This document shows positions 1 to 15,600 of a stretch of DNA of 64,000 bases, piece by piece. This DNA comes from Tubulanus polymorphus (taxonomy: Eukaryota; Animalia; Nemertea). Position 1 is the first letter of the stretch. Every line of letters starts with the position of its first letter. Position numbers and translations under genes: made by a program. The DNA lies in contig NC_134031.1 of the NCBI RefSeq assembly GCF_964204645.1, positions 17,037,807 to 17,101,806 of the forward strand, in the 5' to 3' direction. The notes under the pieces are model-generated. The model did no database searches. It saw only the letters and a program-made list of their open reading frames with translations, and was not told the DNA's origin.

Positions 1-605
1 TTTCGGATATTTACGACACCGCTTGTCTGCCGCAATGTTTATGGGTATAATAGAAAAACCAACGGACAAGCATTTTGAACCTTGTAGCGCTAATCATCTT
101 GCTTTATGATGTCGTTGTGTTCACCAAGTTATCTACATACGTACAATTCGTGAAACGAATGTTGCAATTTGCGGTTGATCCGAAATGGCTTCCCTGTAAA
201 CGGTGCACGGGATTTTTCTTGATTGATTCTCGAGACAAAATCCACTTTTACCGGAGCACCATTTCGAGACGAAAGGGTGATTGCGTGTCATTAAATCTGC
301 ATCTAATCTCTGGAGGAAATTCTGGACAGGAATCCGACGAGGGAAATTGCACATGATTGCGCACTGTTACGACGAAACCTACTATGAAATTGAAGGTGCC
401 TCGGAATATGTTTATTTTTTTCATTATCGTTTACTCTTACTCGATAGAAAGTTAGTTACGTTCGCGTCCAAGGAATATTTCAACATTTATCGGGTTCATT
501 TAGATTTAACATCGAAATAGTTTTTTTTTGTCTTTTCAGAAATCGGCTTTCTATGGTCCAACAAGATGTGAGGAAAATATGGCGCGATGAATTTGAAAGG
601 AGTCG

Positions 606-3600
606 ATGCAGCAGCGTGCACGGAAACACAACCGACGAGTAATGGATGGAAATCTTAGTAAATCAGAGTTCAATACGATGAAACCAGTGTCGTACGCGGA
701 ACCGGTGCCCACGTGGAGCAGAGCCAAACGGCAATGGACCTGGGCGTGGGGATTTCATACGTACGGTTTCGGTTCGTTATTCTTGATCACGGCGATCATG
801 ATGTTCATTTCCGTTTTGAAACTCCACAACAGATGCCGTAATCATAAATACGTCGTGACCTTGAACTCGATGTTACTCGTGTGCGGAATGTGTCGCGGTT
901 TCTATTTGATTATCGATCCGTATTGGTCAACGAAAATACTACCGAAAACATTCTCGATGGTTCTTTTCGGTGTCGGACACCCGAGTTTGACATCGGCGTT
1001 CAGTTTGCTGCAGTGGGCATTTCTACGGATAACACAGGTGAAATTAGGACCGTGGAGATTTCCAAGCTACCAGGCTCTTTCCATTTTCATATTCTTCCAC
1101 TTTTCGCTAGTCATATCAATAGACGTAGCTGTGTCGTTGGATACGTCCCTAAAACTAATGCTCATCGTTACCGAAAGTATGTTCATATTGTGGGGCTTCA
1201 TTTTGTGCGGGATTTTCATATTCAAGGGTTTCAAAATAACGCAGTTCACCAGCGAAACGCAGAAAGCCCTAAAACAGCTCAGTATGTACAATCACTTCAG
1301 AAACGACCCGGAAGCCTTCCGTAAAGACGGAGTCATTAAACGAGTGAAACGACCGAAAATACGGATAACTAATGACGAGGAAGATACGTTGAGTATTTTC
1401 ACTGAATCTTCGTCTGGGTGCAGTGATTCATCCATCATTTCTTGTCACGTGACGCGATTCAATATCGACAAGGATTCATCGGCGGATGAACGCGCCAGGA
1501 ACGTTTCCGAGGAACCGGAAGAGGTCAATCTGTTAAACAACGCCAAACTAGAAATAATCATGACGGAAGATAATATAACGGTGATCGATCGGCAGTCCTC
1601 CCCGGTCGCCGAACCTGCCACGCAAGACAGTGCGCTGTCTAGTCTCAATACGACTCTACCAGAAAGCAGCAATGGCTCCAAAAGTAAAACCGCTCAAAGC
1701 CTGAAACCAAGCGACGATAATGACGCATCGGTGGCCTCTCACGTGACGTCACCATCTTTATCGGAAGTTTGCTCAAGTTTGGAAAGTGGGAGCGTTTATA
1801 CCGCGGACGATGACTTCGCGAATTCGCAATTCAACGCTTCCAAAACCTGCGCCATCGCGCCGCAATCTCATCATCGAAAGTCGCCAGCGACGGATATAAA
1901 AAGCGCAAATACCGAAAGTGCGGTTTCAGCTCGGGCGGGCGGCGACAATGTTACGTTCGCAGACCACCGTTCCTCTTCCCACGGTTCACTCGAAGGGCTC
2001 GTCTTTCAAATAAACAACTGTTTCGAAATGCAAGAAAACTCGACGTCGTTTCAAAGGTTACCTCAAGACGAGAACGAAAACGTCCACGATGAAATGGCTG
2101 ATAACATTGGTGCTCTCGAAAACGTCGATTATGGCGGTTACATGGCCGACACGGAGGCCGGATCTCCACGATTCAAAGCCAGAAAGGACAGCATCGACGT
2201 ACATTCCGATGATAGTAAAACCTGGGTCGAACAAACTAAACAAAATTGCGCCTTAAAAACGAGCGAATCGGCCTGCAGCACGATTAGTTTCTATCGTATT
2301 CGACAAGGGCGGATGCTACATAAGCTAGTCAAGATTTGCTATTTAACAACTATGTTTCAATTCATACTATGTATATTACAACTGTACGCCATGTTTGGAG
2401 TTTACGGTGTTCTCGCGAAGACTCACAAAGTAGACCCGTGGCCCTGGTATTCCTTCCACACTTGCTTTCGGTAAGTTAGTAATGATCATCTATCTCTACA
2501 AGACCTTTTTTCAATAGATAATCAGAAGAAATATCGACCAAAGCTCCGAGAAGCCTCGAGATTACGTAACTCTTAAATACAATTTATACCGTCGCATTCG
2601 GGACGGCCAAAAGTCACCATGGTCACCCCGCAGAGTGATAAATTAAATCCCACTCCTGCTATTTTGTTCAATTAAGGCGCGAGCAGTCAATCTTGATTTG
2701 ATTCGTTCGCAACGATTTACCAATAAAAGGATCGGCTAAAGAAACCGAAATTGAATTACCGTTTGAGAATCGGAACTGTCGAGATAAATCTTATACTACA
2801 AATGAGACTGGAAACACGGTTTTCGCGATGTTATTTTTTCGTGTCAACATCCATTAGGATAAGTTCTAGTGTTGTAATGCTTCCAGACAAAATCTTCTGA
2901 TAGTTGGTTAAATAATTTATCATCGGCGTCGTTAAGGTTATTTCCCTTGAGGCACGCTACCAATTCGAATGTCCAGTGGCAACACATCAATCATTAAAAA
3001 TAAGCGGCGTACGTTGGCAAGCCATTTAGCGCTAGTCAGTTGCGTCTTCTCTTTTGCCTTTATTGAGGTCAGATATATCGCGTGGAAATGCATTTCATAT
3101 TTTCTCGGGTATATTCGCCAAAACTTTGCCAAAACTGCTCTTGATCGTCTAGAGTTTTAAGTTAAATGAGGTCAGACACATCTCGTGGTGTACCATCGAA
3201 AACATAAATGCATTTCATATTTTCTCGGGTATATTCGCCAAAATTTTGCCAAAACTGCTCTTGATCGTCTAGAGTTTTGAGCTAACTGAGGTCAGACACA
3301 TCTCGTGGTGCACCATAGAGGCATTTCATATTTTCTCTCGCGCATATTTGCCAAACTGCTCTAGGTTGATCTAGGATTTTAAAAGACATCTCGTTAAAAA
3401 CGACTTGCATACGTATATGCAAATTCGCACGTCATCACCGGAAGTCGTAGCCTGCAGACGGAAGCGTACCGCACGCATGTGTAGAATGGGAATCTTGGTT
3501 AATTTGAGAGATAACAAGCCGCCATGTTGGTGAGAATGAAACCGACAAAGCCAGTCAGCTGTTCCGGCCGACGAAATTGTAACTGGTAATTGGACGTAAT

Positions 3601-6600
3601 AATCCATTTATGGGAAACACCAGGAATCGACTTAATGGATATTTATGAGTTTCTGTAAGGCGCGCACACACGTTGTGTTTGAGATGTGCCAACCTAACGA
3701 CACTTAATGTGCCTGCAATATTGAGCAATAAATTATAGATTGAACTTTATTGGTGTCGTTCGTGCTTCCAATTTACGAACGCCTTGTGGGCTTCAATTTG
3801 ATAATGAGCTGAGATGGTGACTTATAAATGTTTAATTCAAATCATTACCAATATACGTTCATGTTATGTGCCATTACACTGTTCTTATCAATTCCCCTTG
3901 GCATAGTTGAGATTCGGACCTTGGCTTTCTGAGACTCTCCCACGGTATAGCTGCACACGGAGGCTATTCAGGCAGGGTGTCTCCAGTTTCCTGATGCCAT
4001 CATAAGGTTTGATATTTGATATTAGGGTGTAAATTCTATTTTGTTATCAATCGAATTAGGGTTTCAAATACAGTACAGTAACCATGGACGTTCAAGTCTC
4101 TTGGAAAAAAAGGTTTAAGTGATAATGATAAATAAATGATGAATCCCTGCTGCGAGGACGATGGTAGCAGTATCGGGTTGAAACCATACACTCGTGGCAT
4201 TATTTCATATGATGAAACTCTCATTTGAATACTCTCATATCCTATGGGCTAGGCTACAAAAATTAGTAGACGTATTCTTTTTAATATCTATCGTGGGGTA
4301 AGCTTTCCCCCGCGGTTGGCCGTTTATCAAAGATTTATTCGTGTATATGGAGTTTCAGAGAGGATTCTCATTTGAAGCGCTATTGATCCTGTCTATTTCT
4401 AGTTGCCGCAATTATTCCTTAATCCGGCATTTCTTGTCATTCGTGTCCCCGGGGTAGAAACCGCCGCGGCCATTGCAAGATCGACTTAATGGAAAAATGA
4501 GCGCTATTTCGATGAGAAAGGTAGAAACATTGTTTGATGTCGGGATGAGCGAGTTCCGTCAAGAGAATTTCATCGGAATCGATTCTCGCGAAAAATGCGA
4601 AATGGTACTTTTGGGTAAAGCAAAGTATCGGAAAGAATCTAAACTCTGTTCGAAGACACACGATACAGGGGATGTACTAGTCGAGGTGACGCGGTCGGTT
4701 TATGAGAATGATTCTGAAAGACATCCGCGCGCAGTCACTGGTGAATCTTCTTACGTATACATTTATACACAAGCTGAGGTTTTGCTTTCGAGTCACGCCT
4801 CAGACCTAATACATTTTTTTTTCTCATTTTAATTACGCAATTTCCTGCAAAAGTGATTGATGTTGGCTTACAAGTGGATGTCACTATACAAGCTTTGTCA
4901 GCGTCAAATGTAAATTCGGCTTCACGTTGCCGGTAACTTAATTAACCTAGACATTCAGCACGACTTTGTGCGTTGCGTTGACTCTTTTTTTCTCCGCCCG
5001 TATAATGACATAAATCGTGGCTTACTGAGTAGATTTAGCAAACGTAAACGGATTCACCGAGATAAGACGAAAACGTCTTAATCAGGTTTTCGCAGAATTT
5101 CAGCTTAATTTTCGTGATTATTCCCGAAATGAACTTAGTATGAAAATGCAACCAAGAAACACAGAATGGGTTTTATCTAAATTAGATTTAGATCGTGAAT
5201 TGGGTTTTACGTCATCGACTGCCGGTCTTCCTTTTGAAAATGCGGTGTTACAGATTACGTGTATACTAGTAGTGTTTTGAAGTCTCTCGAAATATTCGTT
5301 AAACGTCAGTCGGTATTCAACACGAATCGCGATACTCGGGAATTCGTCTGCTCAACTTCGGCTATCGTCGTAATGACAGAAAAACACTCGTCGGTCCTCA
5401 TCAGCAATAAAGTAACTTAGCAAGCCATCTTCGACTCAAGTACCATTATGTTCGCTTCCGTCGTTCTATTTGGCACTAGCGCCTGAAGGCCGTATAGCAT
5501 AGAATAAAGCGCGGCATCCTACCGGAGTTGCATAGCAGAAATTGAGTTTTCACAGTCAATCGCGATAAACCAAACATAATCACCGTTAATGGTAAAACAC
5601 GACAGTTCGGAAATTAAAGACATTCAATACATCACGGAGAACATTTTGTTGGCTAATCGCGAATCGAAAAAAGTCATCGATCTCTTTCGCGTATATCCGT
5701 ATACAGGACAAACTCGGTCGCCGCGTTCAGATCCTCCATCAGATAGCTTTCATTCGTTCGATCACTGCGCTATATGTATAAACACCGAAAGACAAATGGT
5801 CCCTTCAAAATGCAGATAGCGTGACTTTCGTTCGTGAATGGTTAATGATTTTATTCGAAATGCAGCGATAGTTGGTAGTTGGCCTCATCACTCGGTTGAC
5901 ATTTAATGCACCTTCCCAAAGGTTGCTAATGGTATCCATCGCGTTTTAGACGCATTTCACGGATGTTTATTTTCGTTGTAAAAAGAAAGTACAGTCAATC
6001 AGCCTTCACGGCTTGTTATTTCTCTTCTCTTTTTTTTGTATTCGTTACCGCGCGGTTCTAGTTTTTACACCAGTGTAGCTCGGGGATCATATTTATTTGA
6101 GATATCGCGTTGCATGTGACTGAGGAAATGGCTGCCGTTCTTGCGGCAGCGGTAAGTCATTTTTTCATTAGCCGACAAGATCGTCAATTTACATATAATT
6201 TTCGCACCAGCGCCGCGATGCACACTTCATTTTCTATAGAATATAGCTAATTGAGCGAGCCTAGATCAAAGTAATACTTCGATAGTATCTATATTTGCTT
6301 CATTTAGTCGGCCGATGTTTCTTAATGGAAAACGCGCCGCGACAAGAAGTCATTTGATCGCTAACAACAAAAGCTCCAGGGCATCATCAACGAGACGATC
6401 TTATTCTAAGTGGCATATCTGCTCATGAAAAATGTATTCTTATTTTTCCGCATTATTTAATGTAGTATCATGTGCATTTCGTTTATTTTGTTTGACAAAC
6501 CGAGAAAATATACGCTCAAATTAACGTTAATTCCCGATATTCAAATTTCATCCTTTTCGTGGTCCGAGTCATCGAACCGTTCTGTGGGTGACGGTTGAAG

Positions 6601-9600
6601 AAGTTTCTGCACTTAAGGTATAAAAATAGTTCGTAGCTCTTCTCAATTCTAAGCCACTACCTTGAAACGGTTATTCAACGCGATAACACATTTCGGCCAT
6701 ATCGAGTTTAATGCTTCAGCCCGTAAAAAATGGGTTGTATGGGTATTGGAATTATAGATGATGACAGGGATAACATTATGCATTGTCTCAGATAAAAGGC
6801 GACACGGAGGTAATCCACAGCTTACAGGAGAGGAATATCTGGAGGAGGTTATTAATTAATTAGTTGCGTGCAGGTCTGTTATTTACTAAGCCTCTGTATT
6901 CGAGTACGCGAGCCGGGTATTATATCATTAATGCACATACAGTGTAAAGATTTAACGTATATAGTTGTCACATCAACCCCGAATAGAAAAGTCAGACGCT
7001 GATTGAAATGATGTCTATCGTTTTGATGAAACACGCTATATTTCAAAGCAAAAATTGTGACCTTTCAGTTCAGAAAATCCCACACTGATATAACGAAACG
7101 ATGAAATACGAAGGTTTCCTTAAAGCTAATAATTTATTGATTCGACGTTTCGACTATAACCTGATAGTCATCTTCAGGAAGATCCGGTTTCAGTCGAAAA
7201 CTTCAAACCAATAAATTATTAGCTTTAAGGAAACTTTTCGTACTTCATCTTTTTCGTTATATCAGCGTGGGATTAACTAAATGATATCCGTCATTATAAG
7301 TAGACACTTTGGTAAATCATGTTTCTATGTACATGCATATTTTGCTCCTCTTGATATTCCTTTTGATATTGAAGAGTTTCAAACCGGCTATCCAGTCAGA
7401 CAAAGACAAGAACATTCTTCGCGATATCGTTATGGAATATTGATGCTCATTCATTCGATAGATGCGATGGATTTCTAAGACCTCAGAGATTTTAAGGTTT
7501 TGTTCGGAACATCCCAAATCGATCGTTGAAAGCAGACTATATACATACAGATAGGCACTTGCTTATTTGGCGACAAATTCGTGATTTATAGCCACGATTT
7601 AAGCGTCAACGTTTTCCCATTTGTTAATTCAGATTCATTGCGAAATTCGTGATCGGAATCTTCTTTCAACATTAACCGACGCCAAGATAACTTTTTGACT
7701 TTGCGGGATGCGTCGCCGTTCGTAGCTAGTGTCGCCTCTCCGGGGAAATCACGAGCCGCTAACGCCGCTAAACCGACAGCAGGCGAATCTATGCATGTGC
7801 AATAAGAACCACGGGTTAGCAACAGGTCTCGCACATGGTTAAAAACGCAACGAGTCCTATTTATAAATGCGGACGGCGAAATATTGCGCATGTTTGTGCG
7901 AAAAATATCGCCACGTCCTGCACCGGGTAAATCGTAATGCAGAAAATATCACCGCGTATGTGTGCGATCGAAAGGCTGTCGACTCTTGAGGAGACAGAAA
8001 TAGTAGTAATTTAGTGTTTCTAGTGGTCCGTCGCCATTGAGATCTTTTAATAAACTGTCATGACGATCTCGTGGCTAAATGTAGGGCTCTTCTCGATCGG
8101 TTTCTATACTTTTCGTCGTCCAGCGGCGAATTAGACGGATATTGGTGGTGTCCGCTCTACTGGGAAATTAACCATCTTTTCCTGACAGTTTAATATACAT
8201 CTTCGTTCTTCTGTATTTATTGATGACGTGCGTGCAGTCAGTTTTTTCGGCGTCGAGTCGCAGTGTATATATGCCAATAGATATAGGAAAACGCGAAACG
8301 AATCTAGCGTGCGGATACTGGAAATCTTACAGCTGTTTGAAGGCATCGTTTTCGCGTCTTAACAAATAAGCCGTCACCAGTAACAGATGTGTACAAACGA
8401 CGAAAAAAAAGAACACGCTTCTATATCTAAATCATTATCTTCGGGTGACATGTAGGGAACAAAGTGGTTTGCGCTTTGCTAGTATATCACGAGTCATCAG
8501 TTCGAACAAATGCCACGTCATTAGCAGATAATCTTGTAACCAGACGATATGACAAGATTGGCTACAGTTTTTCTCACACGAAACTTGTGACGCAACCGTT
8601 ACAATCTCACCAACTTCGTGATGAATATTCCGCCCTATTGTTCATGACATCGACACAATTGCGTAATTGCCATGTCCGTTGAGGTAACTCTAGTTTTTAG
8701 TGTGTATTCTGGTGCCGTTTTTTTTTTCATTCGCTCGCGATGTCGTCCCCAGCGGTGGACTAAACGACAATGAATAATCATCGTAATGGATACAATAATA
8801 AGTAATGATGGAACCGCGCGGAGACACATTGTCGGCTTACGCTTGATCTACGAGATACGATCATGTCCGGCCTCGTAGCTAAAACTGTAAATTCCGTCTC
8901 TGATCGCTGCTAGCTCGATTCAAATGCTTCCTATTTCTCCGCTGTGATCTATTGACGAGTGTCGAATTCATTACATTCAATCTGATCCCAATTTGACAAC
9001 GTATACATAACAAAGTTCGACCAGAACTGGGTATGAACATCCGTTGCATTTGTTCACATTATTCTTACTTGTTAAACATTTCTTTACGTTTTTGTGTTAT
9101 GACGGTGCCCGGAAACCGAAAAATGGAAAAAGAAATCTTCATTATGCATAAGACATAGAAGGTGGAGAACTGTTTTGAAGAAGTTTTATATCAGGGGCGG
9201 ACCCAGCGACCACTCTTGAGATTAGCAAAGCTTATGAAAATGGCAAACGACAAACGAGCTGGGGGTCAGAAATTTTTGTAAAAATTTACTGCTTTTTGGT
9301 ACAATTTCCAAACAATAAATTAAGTATTGATGCAAAGTGCTTTCTAGAAAATGTGCTGCATTGAGATGTAGTTTCCAGGCAATACAGACGAGATCCCGAA
9401 GAATGGTGTGCCCTTTTGTTCAAAATAATCTGCCTCGTCTTGTAAAAATGTGTCCTGTTCTTTCTACTTCTGGAATTTCTTTGGACGACTAAATGTGCCA
9501 TTATTACTTTGGGCTATGAAGAAACGAAAAAGGGCACGACAGACATTTTCGCGACCGTAGTGTGTATGGCTGTACATTGTATCACCACGTTTCTTTTTTG

Positions 9601-12600
9601 TAATCATCATTCTTACCATATTATTGATATAACCCCTTGTGTTGGTAGTTTGAAATATCAAATGCCGTCTCACCAGAAATGCCGTTGGCTTTAGTTTTTT
9701 TTTGACCGTCTTAAAAAGTCTACTGCGCGACAGCTGATTGCCATGATCCAAGATAAAAAACAACATTAACCTAATCAACTTTACTAAAGATACAGTTTGT
9801 CTTCGTCGTGTTTTCTGGTCGCTATAAATCAGGAGTGCCGCATAGTGCGGACAAGGAATTTACTAGAACTAATGTGAAAACGGCGAACAAGGCGAAATTG
9901 ATTACTATGTCGACGAATCCAGTTGCCAGTTATGAAACTGGATAGAGAACGAGCGGCAACTTAGCGATGTTAGAGCGAGTGTGAGTGTGTGTGATAGGAG
10001 CGATAGAAAATTGAGTTATTTCTCAGCCGAGAATTTAGACACGATAATCGTCTGTTCAACGACAATTTCCGGCAACGTGTAAATGTTACAACCCGGAAAA
10101 TTGAAATAAATTTCCAGCAGCGTCGGCGGCGCGCGCCCGAGTACGTGTCAATCAGAAACATGGATACGTCGAGTCGTCGGCCTCTGATCGAAAAATCATA
10201 CGAAGATAATTCGATCCGAGGTCAATTTACTGCTTCGATAAACCGTTCGTCGCCACTGAAAGAAACGCCATCCATCACTAACTCTCCGGTTACCGCCGGC
10301 TCGAGAGCAAAACCAGGTGTTCTTGACAGAACATAGCTGTAATCACACATGAACTTAATGAAAATATGGCAACATTTGGTCCAGTCACTTCGGCATTTTT
10401 TTACGCGTACGCGTACATTGGCTACGATGCCTTCTCACTTTTCAGGAGATCGAAATGACATGCAATTTCTCTTTCTAAGATGTGGTGTCATATCTTAGAT
10501 GAAGTCTCTGTCTCATAGCTCAGTTTAGATAAAATCTATATTTTTGTTACCACATATATTTATTGTTATTTACACACAAAGAGACAATGATTTAATTGTT
10601 TACTTCAATTTCTTGAATTCAATTTCAGTGCAAAATGATCCGTCTGTTTATCTAGTTTATCTAAGATTCTTACGGGATGATAGTGGTAAATTAGTATTCA
10701 ATTCGTATCGATAAATGAATGCATCATATTGGGATCGTATTTCCAGTTTATTGTCTATTCGTTCAAGACGCATGTTCGGACGAGGGCTTCGGTTACTGAG
10801 TACGGATCGCAGTTCGAGGAGGGTCGTCTATCCTCGAAATACCCGCACTTGTCGTCCATCACCTGGCGGGGAATACGGATACTAGTTCCTCGATTAGCGA
10901 CACCAGCCGAGAAATCGTGGATACTAGAAGTTTCATGGGCGCCCGTTAGGCGGCGTTCATTGTCTTTTCCCTCATTGGGGTCGTAGGCTTTAATGTGTCT
11001 CATGTGTTGTTTTGATAAGCGTTCAACAGCTGCTTCAATCACTCTAAGAAATTGCAAAAATATAAATCATAAATCAACATTCGATACAGTCGGGTAAATG
11101 ACAAATGAAGTAGATTTTAACTCACTTGTCGCCACCCTTTTCTCTCATTGCCAGCGTGGAAAAGTTCGTATGCGCACCGGCACCGTTCCAATCACCCTCC
11201 ATCGGCTTAGGGTCCAGCGTAGCGCAGACTCCGAAATCCTCTGTGACTCTGTGCAACAAGAATCGGGCAATCCACAAGTGGTCTCCCATACTGATACCCT
11301 CACACGGTCCGACCTGGAACTCCCACTGAAATATCGACGAAATACATACATTGTTATATTCAGACGCATATTTCTATTGTTATTACGATATATCCATTAC
11401 AATTCAATTTTCTCCGAACGATACGATTTTATCGATGCAGGTATGCATTACACTAAAGCTATGTATGTTATTATAACTATAAATAGCGAATTAAAAAACA
11501 GCTAACAGATGTTATTTCGTTCGGAACAAATTCGATTTCAATACAACGATACGACTGAGAATTACTAATGAAAGTGATAATAAAAAAAATTCGAAATGGG
11601 CTTTTTATTTGTTTACCTGAGCTGGCATCACTTCGGCGTTTGTGCCGGCGATTTTGACCCCAGCGTACAGACAAGCCCGATAGTGGGCCTCTACGATGTC
11701 TCGTCCATATACTTTACCGGTACCAACAGCGCAGTAGTATGGACCTGAAAATAGGGAAATATCGTGAGAAATATGCCGTATTCTGATGACAAGATGCGAT
11801 AAAACATGTATGATGATAATATATCATTTGATGGATCGAGGTCTATGATATACCTTGAGGTCCGGGAAAGCCATTTTTTGGCCATCCAAACGGGTGACCG
11901 TCGACGTCCAATAACGTATACTCTTGTTCGATTCCGAACCACGGTACGTATTCCTTAGCTCGTTCCATTACTTCTTTACACGTTTTTCGATTGTTCGATT
12001 CTAAAAAAGAAAATGATCATGTTTTCCTAGGCTGAAACACGCGGAAATATGAGACTTGTGAATTTTGATTAGAAAGATTATCTTCTTTTGATGATTTTTT
12101 TATCAGACGTACCGGTCGGTTGTCCGTTGTATTTGTAAGTTTCGCAGAGTACGAGTAGATTTTTGCCACGGCGGAATGGATCTCTGAATGTAGCCACCGG
12201 ATGCAGATAAATATCGGAGTTGGAGCCTTCCGCCAAATAACAGCTAGACCCATCGAAATTCCAAATCGGAATGTCTGAAATAACACGCAGCCAAGATTAG
12301 TATTTATGCGGCTATGCGAATAGATGCGACGTCCGTGTCCAGAGGAGCTGGAGTAAAACCACCGTATAGTGCTGCGTAGAGTGGCCTGGTTTAGGGAATG
12401 CAGATTTGAAAGGAGTGGAACTTAATTCATCAATAATATTCAAGAAGCGAGCAAAGCCCACAATGGGGTCAGTGGACAACCTCAGAACATTTTTTGAAAT
12501 TTTGAAATAATTTTGCTCAGGAAATGCGGCCTCAGGCGCGATAAACGACGGCTTAGATTCTTCAAGAGAAATGAAAGCTGCAATAAGTTAGAAATACTGA

Positions 12601-15600
12601 AGCGGCTTATCAACGTATTTTCAATTTTCGTAGGACTTGAACATCACAAACCCCTTAGCGCCAATTCCGCGCTACAATAGCTGCCGCCTGGACAATCAAC
12701 AATCGACTACCTCCAAAATAAGAACTTACCATTTATTGTTTCTGGTTCACTGTCGAGAGTTCTTGTTTTGCAACGGATTCCTTCACCAGTTCCATCGATC
12801 CATATATACATAGCCTGGATCTTGTCTTCTGGTTGTTCCAGGGTGTAATACTGAGTCAGGGTCGTCTTGTCCAAGTGGGACCCGGGTCTGATTTGTAGAG
12901 CCATAATTTCTTAATATCGTTCACACACACGCTCGCGCAGACCGAATTATCAAAACATACGAAGGAACCCTAAAATCGGAATGTCATAGCAATCAAACAT
13001 TGAACTCTTCAATGTATGCGTACGCGCACAGAGCACGTGATTCGAGCGTGCTACTTGGCCGTGGTGAAAATTTTCTATCTATACTTTCTATCGTGAAAGT
13101 GGGACATATCCAGGGTAACGATAATGATATTGCTTGACAATAATATTTGGAATAGGTCAAATTTATAAGGTTCATTGGGCAGAAATAAATCAAAAAATCC
13201 ATTTTCGGTGATTCAATGATGCGAAAGAGACTCATCTGAGTTTTTGTTTTCGACCACTGGTCAAAAACTGTAGTTGAATTCTGAATAATTCCCACACAGC
13301 ACCTTGTTTTTGAATAATGAATTGTGAGGATTTTAAAGATCTATGAACAGTATTTTGTACTCTATCGCACTTTGATACCGGGCCATGTAAGGAGTCGGTA
13401 TTTTCTAAAACAAAAGTGTGTAACACTTTTTTTGTCTGTGCATCGTTAAATCATGGGATATACAAACTGAATCACGAGATGAACGTAAAGAATCACGTGC
13501 GCTCTTAACAGCCTGTAGTTTTATAGACCAAAAAGAGGGAATTGGATCTCACGTGCTTGCCACCAACTGGGTTCGAATATTGAGCACCAGATTGGTGAAA
13601 TTCGATGCTGTTACAATACTCAATGCGGGCCCACGATTAATCGAAAGTCAAATGTCAATAATTTACGCGTTAGTTTATAGCAAATTGTCGTTGATAATCT
13701 GAACTTACTAGATTGGTAATTTATATCGGACCTTGGATATCTATATTTACTTAGTCCGATTTAACCCCTTGACCCTGTGTCATTATACAAGTACGATTGT
13801 TTTAGCCTACGTTAGCGTACATGATCATGATCTGAACATAATCAATTAACGAATAAGCAAATTTTTCAAATTTCTTTCACAACACCAACTTGGCGATTGA
13901 GGCCACCCTATTGGAGCATCAAATTTCGAATAGAGAAAAACGGTTGATATCATATTCGCCTACTCGAAGCACACAGATGCGATATCAAGTTGCCCGCATT
14001 TCGGCGGTTCTGGTCCAAAGTACCAGAGTATAACGCGCACTCGACCCGAATAATATGTATTACGAAAATATCGAACTTTGTACCGGAGGCTCAATATTTC
14101 ACAATAGCCAGTTGACTGATTTACCTAATAAATAGATCATGCATATGCTTTAATCCATGGGAACAAGTATAACGTAAAGGTTTCTGGTTTAGTTTTCGCG
14201 TTTAATTAATTTATAGGCTGAAAACGTTGAAAAAAGTGCCTCCCGGAATCAAGTGCCCCCCGGAATCAAGTGCCCTCCGGAAATTTGATTTATATTCAAA
14301 GCCTTAAGAAATGCTCGAACTTAGAAATTCATTAATGTGTGTGTTCAATCCAATGCAATCCATTGGAATTTGGCTGTTAAAGTCAATTCATTTCGGAGAT
14401 ATACATTAGCGAGAAATGGTGAAAACGCACTATACTTGCTCGGCGGTTCATTATGAGCTAATTACCTAACATTATTTTGAAAAAAAGAACTGAAACATTT
14501 GTCTTAAACTTCTCGCTGAAATAAAAGGCCTCGGTTCGAAAAATTTCGGAAATGAAATCAATGTTATATCAATTTAAGTTTCAAAATAAATAGTTCATTT
14601 CAAAATACCTTTGCGCTTCTTGGGTTTATACCGTTGGAGTCTCGACTGGTGACTGACTGACTGTGACTGTGCACTCTGATTACCTCATATGCAATATGGT
14701 GGTTTGTGCAAAACTAGGAATCACGTGACGAAACGTTGTCACGGATCGGGTTTTGTATATTTGAAACACCATTTTGCCCGCGAAATCCTGGTGAGTTCGA
14801 ACTAACAGTTTGAAATGGCGATAACAACCAATCATTGTAAGTGTCTCTCAAATTCACCCAGCACTGGCAGTGGTTGTCTCCACCAGTGATCTCCGTCGCT
14901 CTACGATCCTAGTGTAACCAACTGTGGTACATCAGACACTAAGATTCTTGGTAAACTCTCAAAACGATAAGTCGATTCGCGAGTATTATTTGCTTAGCAG
15001 GATGCACAGTAATATTCGAGAAGGATTTAGTAATTTTCTTGATATAACCATATATAAGGCGTTGTACGTATGTCGTTGAAAATTGGAGACTTGAGAAGCG
15101 CATAACTTGTATCACAATAAATAAACACTAAAATCCTAATGATGAGCCTCTAGTCGGAATGCGGTATCTTTGATAAGATTGATGGACGAAGCGCAGTTTA
15201 ATTTCCCCACACAAATCGGTAACGAAATAATTGGTTTGGATTGAAATCAAGTACTTTCTTGGCTATCGTGAAGTCCTGGCACAAATAAAATTCGATGCAT
15301 ACAGATTCGGTATCTGTCATTTAAAGCGACGCGTTTAGTGGAAACCACTTGATTAAAAACTGCTTGTTTAAAACTCCAGTCACGTCGCTTAAACCAGTCG
15401 CATTTGGAGTTAACTTCATTTCGATGTTTGCACAAAACAGGAGCAGCGTTTCCGAGTCTTTGTCTTTTCTATTATAGACGTAACTCAACAGTTGTTGTTT
15501 TTCTTCTTGTTCTGATGAAAAAACATTGATTATATTTTCCTCTGAGAATCGCAGCCAATACCTATGACTACTGCTATAATCAAATCTACATAAAGATGAT

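Noticed and set aside
6074-6151. Possible cassette exon in the PRRT-like intron (CAG...GTAAGT)
   Set aside because: It does not continue TM7 and hits a stop in the required frame. No other support.
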